64,000 nucleotides of DNA from a virus. The stretch lies in IMG/VR virus record IMGVR_UViG_3300036715_003363; one strand, given 5' to 3'. The position numbers and the translations under genes were made by a program. Every line of letters starts with the position of its first letter. Within the stretch, counting starts at the first letter, position 1. The notes beneath the pieces are model-generated. The model saw nothing but the letters and a program-made list of their open reading frames with translations, made no database searches and was not told the DNA's origin. Shown here in pieces: positions 56,087 to 63,657 of this stretch.

Positions 56087-56115
56087 TTGCCGTTCCATGG
56101 AAGCCTATCCATAAT
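56087..56115 (+). promoter_or_regulatory. Repeated early promoter (copy 2)
   Basis: TTGCCG-17-CATAAT, identical to copy 1. Confidence 0.75.
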
Positions 56116-56121
56116 AAAATC

Positions 56122-56490
56122 ATGAAGATTAAAACAGCCACTACAATCATCTATACTAATACTACTGAGATCTATAGGAACTTTACTGAGGTGATCATTG
56201 ATGATATCATTACTGAGAGTATTGATGATCCTGCAGGTACCGTAGCCATTAATGCTTTAAACTGCTGTACAAGGATCTTTCAAGGCACTGCGACGATCTC
56301 AGAGGTTTATCAGTTCTTTCACGATGGGTATACGCTCATGGCACTGCCTAATGCCGATAAATTCTTAGATTCTTATACCGGTTCTCTAGATGATGTTGAA
56401 CTGCATATTGCATTCCCAGAATCTCGCTCTAGAGATCCTTATATCGTCCCTGGCAGATATTTGAATGGTCGTACTATAACAATAGCATGA
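56122..56490 (+). CDS. MKIKT paralog copy 2 (intact, unknown function)
   Basis: 122 aa; ESIDDPAG..AINALN...GTAT.SEV..FF..GYTLMALP...YTGSLDDVELHI.F...PYIVPG. Confidence 0.8.
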   Translation: MKIKTATTIIYTNTTEIYRNFTEVIIDDIITESIDDPAGTVAINALNCCTRIFQGTATISEVYQFFHDGYTLMALPNADKFLDSYTGSLDDVELHIAFPESRSRDPYIVPGRYLNGRTITIA

Positions 56491-56820
56491 AGATTAAAAC
56501 AGTCATCTATACTAATACTACTGAGATCTATAGGAACTTTACTGCGGCGGTCATTGATGCTATCATTGCTGAGAGTATTGATGATCCTGCAGGGACAGAG
56601 TTCATCGATGCTTTAAACCGCTGTACAGAGATCTTACGAGGTGTTGCAACGGACTCAGAGGTTTATCAGTTCTTCCTTAATAGGTATACGCTCATGGCAC
56701 TGCCCAATGCCGGTAAATTCTTATACCGGTTCTCTAGATGATATTGAACTGCATATTACATTCCCGGCAGCTCATAATAAAACTCCTTATATCGTCCCTG
56801 GCAGATATTTGAATTACTAA
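56487..56820 (+). pseudogene. MKIKT paralog copy 3 (8-nt deletion frameshift)
   Basis: TTCTTA[GATTCTTA]TACCGG deletion relative to copies 2 and 4; downstream family sequence intact in another frame. Confidence 0.8.
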
Positions 56821-56849
56821 TTGCCGTTCCTTTTAATCCGCACCATAAT
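56821..56849 (+). promoter_or_regulatory. Repeated early promoter (copy 4)
   Basis: TTGCCG-17-CATAAT. Confidence 0.75.
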
Positions 56850-56855
56850 AATAGT

Positions 56856-57209
56856 ATGAAAATTAAAACAACTACAAAGGCCGTTACAAAGACTATCATT
56901 GAAGTTGCTTCTGAGGAGTTCTATATGAACTTTACTGAGGCGGTCGTTGCTGAGAGTATTGATGATCAAACAGGTGCAAAGTTCGTTGATGCTTTAATTA
57001 CATGCTCAAAGATCGTTCAAGGCGACGCGACGAGCTCAGAGGTTAAGCAGTTCTTCCTTAATAGGTATACGTTCATGGCACTGCCCAATGTTGGTGGTTT
57101 CTTAGATTCTTATACCGGTTCTCTAGATGATGTTGAACTGCATATTACATTCTCAGAAGCTCACAAGCGAGGTTCTTATATCATCCCTGGCAGATATTTG
57201 AAATTCTAA
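56856..57209 (+). CDS. MKIKT paralog copy 4 (intact)
   Basis: 117 aa, same family motifs. Confidence 0.8.
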   Translation: MKIKTTTKAVTKTIIEVASEEFYMNFTEAVVAESIDDQTGAKFVDALITCSKIVQGDATSSEVKQFFLNRYTFMALPNVGGFLDSYTGSLDDVELHITFSEAHKRGSYIIPGRYLKF

Positions 57210-57238
57210 TTGTCGTTCCTTTTAATCCGCACCATAAT
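57210..57238 (+). promoter_or_regulatory. Repeated early promoter (copy 5)
   Basis: TTGTCG-17-CATAAT. Confidence 0.75.
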
Positions 57239-57244
57239 AATAGT

Positions 57245-57610
57245 ATGAAAATTAAAACAGCCAAGACGACAATCACGAAGACGATCATTGAAGTTACTTC
57301 AGCTGAGTTCTTTATGGACTTTACTGAAGCTATCGTCTATCGTGCCGTTGCTGATAATATTGATGATCGAATGAGTTTCGTAGCCATTGATGCTTTAAAC
57401 CGCGGCACAAGTATCTTTCAAGGAACTGCCACGCCGACGGAGGTGAATCGATTCTTCCGCGATGGGTATACACTCATGGCAATACCTGGTGCAACTGAGT
57501 TCTTTAATAACTATACTGGTAATCTAGAGAATGTTGAAATGCATATTACATTCCCGGCGTCTCACAAGCGAGAACCTTATATTGTCTCTGGCATATATTC
57601 AAACTACTAA
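57245..57610 (+). CDS. MKIKT paralog copy 5 (intact, most divergent)
   Basis: 121 aa, same family motifs. Confidence 0.8.
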   Translation: MKIKTAKTTITKTIIEVTSAEFFMDFTEAIVYRAVADNIDDRMSFVAIDALNRGTSIFQGTATPTEVNRFFRDGYTLMAIPGATEFFNNYTGNLENVEMHITFPASHKREPYIVSGIYSNY

Positions 57611-57667
57611 TCAACCTGATGCTGATATATTTACAGTTTAAGACTCACTGAAACCCACTCTTTTAAT

Positions 57668-57772
57668 ATGGAATACAACAAACACGAATCAGAATCAGAT
57701 CATTTTGTCCTTGGACTAATCATCGGCGCGAGCATTGCTAACGTTATTGCATATATCATTATAATACTATAA
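57668..57772 (+). CDS. Small membrane peptide (34 aa)
   Basis: FVLGLIIGASIANVIAYIIIIL hydrophobic tail. Confidence 0.35.
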   Translation: MEYNKHESESDHFVLGLIIGASIANVIAYIIIIL

Positions 57773-57780
57773 CCTATTTT

Positions 57781-57918
57781 ATGATTCTTTATATACTAAC
57801 TATTATCTGCGCTACTATCATAAGTTTCTTTCTGATAACCAGTGGCTCGGCTGTACTAACTTTTGCAATGCTAGCTTTCTGCATTGCTGTCATGATCTTT
57901 CTGATAAATGATTTATAG
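57781..57918 (+). CDS. Small hydrophobic peptide (45 aa)
   Basis: Almost entirely hydrophobic; overlaps next start. Confidence 0.35.
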   Translation: MILYILTIICATIISFFLITSGSAVLTFAMLAFCIAVMIFLINDL

Positions 57919-58351
57919 CAATAAAAACGCGGTTGAATACTACGAGAAGTTCAACAAGCTTCCACACCCGAAGATCAAATGCTCGCTGTGTAGCGCAATG
58001 ACAACATGCTTTGGCGATAATCTCCGTAGTCGCATTAAGCTTGCCGGGGGATTGCTTGAGCTCTTAGATAGCTTCAAGTGCCGGCGTTGTCGCACCGGAG
58101 CGTCGCCGATGAAGCCCGTAAAGGCTGCCCGGGTGACGAAGGCTACCAATAAGATAAAGGACTGTGACATTCCTAAGATGAGGCCCTTTGTACCGCTCAA
58201 TATGTATTTGCGTGATTTACCTGATCTAGCTTCCTCGATATCTACCACATCATGCCTGGCACCGCAACTCTATCTGAATAACGGTAGGAATTGTCGAGGA
58301 TGTACGTTTCATTCAATGTGTAATAACCCTCTTCGTAAACAAGTAGCATAA
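57908..58351 (+). CDS. Cys-rich (Zn-binding) hypothetical protein
   Basis: CSLC...CRRC and C...C..C..C..C; N-terminal half paralogous to 60165-60524. Confidence 0.7.
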   Translation: MIYSNKNAVEYYEKFNKLPHPKIKCSLCSAMTTCFGDNLRSRIKLAGGLLELLDSFKCRRCRTGASPMKPVKAARVTKATNKIKDCDIPKMRPFVPLNMYLRDLPDLASSISTTSCLAPQLYLNNGRNCRGCTFHSMCNNPLRKQVA

Positions 58352-58562
58352 CCGCAGAAAACCCCGGGACCCCTAAAGCTCCCAAGCGCATACATACAAT
58401 GAATCGCAATATACAACCCAGTAAATCAGATAGTCCGAGCTATGGAAACTTTCTTATTGATTGTGCCTTGAGAATCTCTTATACTGATCGTATGAAAATT
58501 AAGAACAAAACAGTACAGCACAACGCAATCTAACCCAGGTATTCCTACAACACTGATATATT

Positions 58563-58808
58563 ATGTATAAAAATATGATTAACTTCTACGACCAAATCCT
58601 ATCGCTGCCAATTGATACGCGCACGGAGTGCTTTAAAATTGCTGAGCGTGCCATGTCTGATATGTACCCAGTGTACAGTACTGATGATGTCTGGCAGTAT
58701 ATTTTCTACCGATGCTACAATCTTCATCCAGATGACTTCCTTAGCTGGGCAGGACTTCTTCAAGACCACAATCTCTTTGATCAGAGTCTTCTAAAAATAC
58801 AAGATTGA
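58563..58808 (+). CDS. Hypothetical protein
   Basis: 81 aa ORF. Confidence 0.55.
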   Translation: MYKNMINFYDQILSLPIDTRTECFKIAERAMSDMYPVYSTDDVWQYIFYRCYNLHPDDFLSWAGLLQDHNLFDQSLLKIQD

Positions 58809-58842
58809 CTTTCCTCAAGAATCAAGATACCATCTATAGATA

Positions 58843-59004
58843 ATGAAATACCTTTTAAGACTATTAGGATACGAAATCGTAGAGCATAAGCCCATCTCTA
58901 TTCTAGCTCATATGCACAGAACTACTCATCAGAGCTGGTTGAAGTCCTTGCAGAACTCAAATCGAATAAGAGACTATCAGGTTAACCTTTATATCAATGA
59001 ATAA
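58843..59004 (+). CDS. Hypothetical protein (53 aa)
   Basis: TTGACT-17-TACCAT upstream. Confidence 0.35.
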   Translation: MKYLLRLLGYEIVEHKPISILAHMHRTTHQSWLKSLQNSNRIRDYQVNLYINE

Positions 59005-59139
59005 ACGAATAGTTATTATTTGTCTAGTATGCTGTATAATCGCAAGTATACCTCATATTATTAACCATTGTCGTAATTCTTTTACTGATCGATATTCTTT
59101 ATATGTCAGCTTAGATTAGCACTCTCCCAACCTCAAATA

Positions 59140-59865
59140 ATGAAAACACAACATAGAAAACAAACCGAGGGCTTTTCCCTCATTGAGGTCGTTATTGGCC
59201 TCGTCGTCGCTGCCGTCTGCGTATTCTTTCTCCAGCGATTGCTTCCCAGCAGCCTGAGAGTTTCCGCGAATGCCACTGATCAGACAGCTGCCAGTAGTAT
59301 GATGACGGCAATTGCACAGGATCTCCGCAATACGCCTGCTGGCTCCTCCATCTCGCCGGGATTTGGAATCACGCTCCCAGTGAATACTACAAACTCCTCA
59401 GCACTCATCTCCACCAACCTCTACCTTTCGACAGATGGTCTAGGTGTTTTGTCACCTTCGCAGGCACGATATGCGGCAACGATATGGATGAGCAATGCCG
59501 CCTCAGCAACGGTCACCTCGCTCACCACAGCACGGATTAGGGTTACTTGGCCTGCAAGTGCATATGCGAGCAACGCTCTAGGTTCCGTGGAGACCATCAC
59601 CTCGTTTAATCGACAGTTGCAGCTTAACGGAGCGTATGTATCAAGTAAAGGAGCCGGGGCTTCTCCTATGAGGACGGGCAGTGACATTGATGGTCATGAC
59701 AATGGGAAGGGTAATAACTATCAAAATGAAGGAGTAGGTAATGGTGGAAGTACTGCTGGGTGCAATATGTGCAGTGGCTGCGGCGGTGGGTGTGGCGGCA
59801 ATTGCAGTAGCCATTGTCCTCAAGGTATGGTAACAAGAGATCATGGCAATGGACAGGACAGATAA
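59140..59865 (+). CDS. Type IV prepilin-like protein resembling Verru_Chthon cassette protein B, with Gly/Cys-rich C-terminal extension
   Basis: G/FSLIEVVIGLVV cleavage-methylation motif; DQTAASSMMTAIAQDLRNTP; ARYAATI; ARIRVTWPA. Confidence 0.8.
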   Translation: MKTQHRKQTEGFSLIEVVIGLVVAAVCVFFLQRLLPSSLRVSANATDQTAASSMMTAIAQDLRNTPAGSSISPGFGITLPVNTTNSSALISTNLYLSTDGLGVLSPSQARYAATIWMSNAASATVTSLTTARIRVTWPASAYASNALGSVETITSFNRQLQLNGAYVSSKGAGASPMRTGSDIDGHDNGKGNNYQNEGVGNGGSTAGCNMCSGCGGGCGGNCSSHCPQGMVTRDHGNGQDR

Positions 59866-60070
59866 AAGAGATAGCAGATCAAGGAGTATAAGCAGAGTTA
59901 CTCTGATCGAACTGCTCGTAGTGGCTCTCTTGGTGATTTTGCTGAGCCAGATTATCAATCAGGCTTCTCAGACTAGTTCGCTCACTCCAGAACAGCAGGA
60001 GCAGGAGCTTCTTAATACTATCTATTATGATATGGTAACAAACGCTTGCAGCTCTTATAGACATCAATGA
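59843..60070 (+). CDS. Truncated second prepilin-like protein
   Basis: SRVTLIELLVVALLVILLSQIINQAS; lacks the Gly-Phe cleavage site and most of the globular domain. Confidence 0.6.
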   Translation: MAMDRTDKRDSRSRSISRVTLIELLVVALLVILLSQIINQASQTSSLTPEQQEQELLNTIYYDMVTNACSSYRHQ

Positions 60071-60164
60071 GAATGTTCTTGCGTTCCTTTCATTGAGGAG
60101 CCATAATTTATGAACAATCGAAGGATTGTTCTAAACAAAATAAACAAAAACAAAACAAAATACA

Positions 60165-60524
60165 ATGAAATCAGTAATCCCACAAGAAGTCACTCAATAT
60201 CAGGCTGCCTACTTTGAGACCTTTGGTACTCTCCCTACTCCAGTCATTGAGTGTAATATCACTGGCCAGGCAGTTACTTGCTTTGGCACGAACCTCGCCA
60301 AAAAGGTCGAAATGGCTGGCTCCATTGAGAAGCTCTTGGAGACGTTCGTCGGCCGCGGCAACGCTCCGATGCTTGCAAAGCCAGCGAAGCCAGCGAAGAC
60401 TCCAGCGAAGCCAGTGAAGGCTCCATCAAAGGCTCCATCAAAGCCAGCGAAGAAGACTCCAAAGGGTAAAGTAGTGGCGACTCTCTCAGAGGCTAAGGTC
60501 GGAGATCTGGTCACACTTGAGTAG
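60165..60524 (+). CDS. Hypothetical protein with AKP/KAP-rich basic tail
   Basis: Paralog of 57908; tail AKPAKPAKTPAKPVKAPSKAPSKP. Confidence 0.7.
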   Translation: MKSVIPQEVTQYQAAYFETFGTLPTPVIECNITGQAVTCFGTNLAKKVEMAGSIEKLLETFVGRGNAPMLAKPAKPAKTPAKPVKAPSKAPSKPAKKTPKGKVVATLSEAKVGDLVTLE

Positions 60525-60529
60525 GTTCT

Positions 60530-60613
60530 CCAATCGGGCTCTAATCCTGCCGCTCATCCAAGAAGACAATGAAGTTTGAGCAACTAGAGGAAAGCAGGAT
60601 TAGAGCTGATTGG
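60530..60613 (+). ncRNA. Long imperfect inverted repeat / structured RNA candidate
   Basis: CCAATCGGGCTCTAATCCTGC pairs with GCAGGATTAGAGCTGATTGG; inner GCTCA/TGAGC. Confidence 0.45.
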
Positions 60614-60765
60614 TTCTGTGTTCATGACGATGCGATGATGTGCAGTTGTCCTTGAGAGACGCGGTTGTCCCGGGTGATTCGCAGAGTATTGAGTGGATAA
60701 TGCGAAAGTTAGAGTAAGAAGCGGATTTTAGTTGACTTCCAGGCCCGGCACTCTATTATTAATAT

Positions 60766-61143
60766 ATGAGCCTTTACATATACCTTATGGGAGAATCTGT
60801 AACAACAGATTGCGAATGTATTGATTGCGGGCATAAGCATTCAAGAACATCCAGAGAGAAGTTGTTCCGAGCAAACATTACTCATAACTTATCATTAATG
60901 GCCTCAGAGGCTGGATTATATCTTCCTCTTTGGCATCCAGAGAATCTCATGAGCCAGAAGGCAAAGGATTTAATCCCAGAGGTTGAGAAAGGACTTCAAA
61001 GTTTACTACTCTCTCCGGAGTTCTATAAAACATTTAACGATGAAAACGGCTGGGGAGTGTACGAACACTTTGTTTCTTTTGTTGAGAGATGCCTAGAGGC
61101 TTTTAAAGAATTCCCAGAGGCAACTGTGGAGACATCAACTTAA
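60766..61143 (+). CDS. Conserved phage hypothetical protein
   Basis: ANITHNL..MASEAGLY..LWHP...YKTFN..NGWG.YEHF. Confidence 0.75.
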   Translation: MSLYIYLMGESVTTDCECIDCGHKHSRTSREKLFRANITHNLSLMASEAGLYLPLWHPENLMSQKAKDLIPEVEKGLQSLLLSPEFYKTFNDENGWGVYEHFVSFVERCLEAFKEFPEATVETST

Positions 61144-61147
61144 TAAT

Positions 61148-61462
61148 ATGAGTGTATATCATACTCTAACACCCAAGGAGGTCCAACTACTCTCTTCTTT
61201 TTCATATAAGAAGAGTGATTCACTTACACATTTCGAAGATGTTAAGCGGAACGAAGTGTTGGACGAAGAGTTGAGTGAGCGGTGTATGATCTGCAACAAG
61301 GAGAAAGGGCAGCATCGCGCCGGTGTCCCTCATTCTTGTCCTCTACCAAGTTTTAACAGTGTTTGGAGTGGCTGGTCATCAGAAAATGAATTTGTATCTT
61401 TGCTGAGTACTCTAAAGAAAGAGACTGCGGAAACGTTTAAAGATATTGTCAATGACTTATAA
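61148..61462 (+). CDS. Hypothetical protein with C-terminal TFxDIxxxL tag
   Basis: CMIC..EK..H...C motif; ends AETFKDIVNDL. Confidence 0.65.
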   Translation: MSVYHTLTPKEVQLLSSFSYKKSDSLTHFEDVKRNEVLDEELSERCMICNKEKGQHRAGVPHSCPLPSFNSVWSGWSSENEFVSLLSTLKKETAETFKDIVNDL

Positions 61463-61482
61463 ATTGAAAATACTATTGAACT

Positions 61483-61719
61483 ATGATAATTAATGATATG
61501 GCTAAACCAACAGAAACAGAACTACTCATTGCTGAGATTGAAAGATTAACTAAAAACAGATCAGAACTGATCGCTGCATATGAAGATCTTGTAAGTCTTC
61601 TCGGCGCTGAGATTCAAGAAACTGCTCCTCTTGCTTTTCAGGCAATGAACGGCAAATGGAAGTCTCGCAGAGTACATGCCGGTTTTGCGGCGCGCGAGAG
61701 AGTTGATAGACTCAAGTAA
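61483..61719 (+). CDS. Hypothetical protein
   Basis: 78 aa ORF. Confidence 0.55.
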   Translation: MIINDMAKPTETELLIAEIERLTKNRSELIAAYEDLVSLLGAEIQETAPLAFQAMNGKWKSRRVHAGFAARERVDRLK

Positions 61720-61952
61720 TGACTGATTCTAAACAAATTTGTATGGGGTGCGGACATGAAAGAGATATGCACTACGTAGTGCACTGCACTGTGCACAGTA
61801 ATATGAACGGCACAGATTATACAATTGTATGTCCAAGTGAGAGGGGAGCACTCAAAGCGTTATTTGATACAAGGAACGGCACATTCACACCACGACCAGT
61901 TCTTTCAGACGAGGCAGAGGAAACATTTGGAGATATAATCGATGAGCTCTAA
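61719..61952 (+). CDS. Hypothetical protein with C-terminal TFxDIxxxL tag
   Basis: CMGCGHERDMH...CP; ends EETFGDIIDEL. Confidence 0.65.
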   Translation: MTDSKQICMGCGHERDMHYVVHCTVHSNMNGTDYTIVCPSERGALKALFDTRNGTFTPRPVLSDEAEETFGDIIDEL

Positions 61953-62262
61953 CGAATATATTAACGATGAGGAATATAATAAGAGGCTCGATCACTGGAG
62001 AGACTCTTTAATGGTAGGTGATCGAGTAATTTTTCAGACCAGATACGGACTCAAAGAGGGTACTATACATGACAGTCGAGCTACTCGCTATAAAAATATT
62101 AAAGCTGACCAAAGATATTCTTGGATTAGTATTGATGAGAGTAATTGTGGTTCACCGCCGTTTGTGGCATTTAATTGCTATCCAACAAAGCATGATGAGG
62201 TAACTCTTAGACTCTCTGCAGGCGCACTAAAAACATTTGGAGATATAATCAATGAACTTTAA
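61942..62262 (+). CDS. SH3/KOW-like hypothetical protein with C-terminal TFxDIxxxL tag
   Basis: LMVGDRVIF...GTI; ends LKTFGDIINEL. Confidence 0.65.
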   Translation: MSSNEYINDEEYNKRLDHWRDSLMVGDRVIFQTRYGLKEGTIHDSRATRYKNIKADQRYSWISIDESNCGSPPFVAFNCYPTKHDEVTLRLSAGALKTFGDIINEL

Positions 62263-62461
62263 AGTTTTTTTTACTGCACTCATAAAGGACAAGCCGCCCG
62301 AAAAGAATTCGAAGGCTGATGCAGGCTATGTTCCTGTATGTTTAAATGAACAATACTGCAAGGACTGTACAATGTGGAGAGAGCCGAATCAATGCACTGC
62401 AGTTCGCGGATTAATTGAAAGAGAGGCATCTTGCAATTGGTGGAGAAAAGGAGATATATAA
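62252..62461 (+). CDS. HiPIP-like 4-Cys protein
   Basis: SKADAGY...QYCKDCTMW...CTAVRGLI...SCNWW matches the high-potential Fe-S pattern. Confidence 0.7.
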   Translation: MNFKVFFTALIKDKPPEKNSKADAGYVPVCLNEQYCKDCTMWREPNQCTAVRGLIEREASCNWWRKGDI

Positions 62462-62466
62462 TTTTA

Positions 62467-62495
62467 TTGCCGTTCCGTAATAAATATAATATAAC
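62467..62495 (+). promoter_or_regulatory. Overlapping early (TTGCCG-17-TATAAC) and late (TAAATA) promoter
   Basis: Same TTGCCGTTCC signature as the array promoters; TAAATA at 62481-62486; ATG 62502. Confidence 0.65.
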
Positions 62496-62501
62496 CATTA
62501 T

Positions 62502-62837
62502 ATGAAATCAAAAGATCAAACTCTACTCGAAGAAGCATACAAGCGCATTTATGAATCCGCCGGCGAAGTTACATCTGGAGATGGAGGAGAGTATGAAGAT
62601 TCTCCTGATATGAGCGCAAAGCGTGATGAACATCTTGAAAAAGCTGAAAACTACATTCACGTTCTTAGAAGCCGCGGATGGAAACAAGCATCAGCTCCCG
62701 CAGAAGGAAAATCAGGTCTTTATAAGTATACAAAAGGTAAGAACGTTGTTTCAATTGAAAAGACTCTTGACGGTAGAGTCTCCGTTGTTATCAATGGAGA
62801 GCCATTTACCGGTAAAATTAATAAATTAAAAGCCTAA
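62502..62837 (+). CDS. Hypothetical protein, possible head-internal protein
   Basis: MKSKDQTLLEEAYKRIYE N-terminus. Confidence 0.65.
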   Translation: MKSKDQTLLEEAYKRIYESAGEVTSGDGGEYEDSPDMSAKRDEHLEKAENYIHVLRSRGWKQASAPAEGKSGLYKYTKGKNVVSIEKTLDGRVSVVINGEPFTGKINKLKA

Positions 62838-62922
62838 CAATCGTTACGCTTAAACCGGCAGTATTAACATCTATTATGATAATAGATGAATTATAAGAGC
62901 ACTTCATTAAATAATATATTCA

Positions 62923-63657
62923 ATGCATCTTCTCCAGGAAATTAATAACATCTACGATATCTACAGATCAATGATATTATTTGAGACAGAGTCGGGTAAT
63001 AATATCAATGGAATTGATCCAAAGACTTGGGCGAAACTTGAGCTCACCATTCGTCGCTGTAAGTACGCGCTCATGAGGAAGAGTGTCTTTATTGGTAATG
63101 TTCTTGCACGACTTAAGATTTGTTTTACGAATGATATTGATACAATGGCTGTTGATGATTACGGAAACATTTATATTAGCCCGAAGTTTGCTCTTTCAAT
63201 CTCTGAGGACGAAGTTACTGCAGTCTTAGCTCATGAAGCGTTCCACATTATTAATATGACTTTCTTTAGAAAGCGTGGAAGAGATCATGAGCTTTGGAAC
63301 ATCGCAACAGATTATTTGATGAACATGTATCTCCTTCAGGATGGATTTAAACTTCCTGAATGTGGTTGTAACCCAGTTAAAAAAGGTGATCGCTGGGTAA
63401 TTCCAGTACTCAGAGGAACGAAAGAGATTAAGGATACGGATATCACAGAACTTTCTGCTGATGATTTATATAATATCTTATATAGTATTGCTGTACCTCG
63501 GAATAAAGGAGGAGGCGACAGTTCAATTAATGTTGGGGATGTTGTTTACGATGAAACCACTAAAAAATATGGTGTTGTAACGAGCATCAATCCAAAGACT
63601 AACAAAGTTCAATCACGTGAAATACCTGAATCAGAAGTGGAGAGACATTTAAAATAA
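62923..63657 (+). CDS. DUF2201-like (M48-like) metallopeptidase domain with C-terminal SH3-like domain
   Basis: IDTMAVD...YISPKF...AVLAHEAFH...WNIATDYLMN...LSADDLY; INVGDVVYD..KKYGVV. Confidence 0.8.
   Translation: MHLLQEINNIYDIYRSMILFETESGNNINGIDPKTWAKLELTIRRCKYALMRKSVFIGNVLARLKICFTNDIDTMAVDDYGNIYISPKFALSISEDEVTAVLAHEAFHIINMTFFRKRGRDHELWNIATDYLMNMYLLQDGFKLPECGCNPVKKGDRWVIPVLRGTKEIKDTDITELSADDLYNILYSIAVPRNKGGGDSSINVGDVVYDETTKKYGVVTSINPKTNKVQSREIPESEVERHLK

Noticed and set aside
55788-57610. Diversity-generating retroelement (TR/VR pairs)
   Set aside because: No reverse transcriptase or avd gene; differences between copies are not confined to adenines; whole promoter-gene units are duplicated
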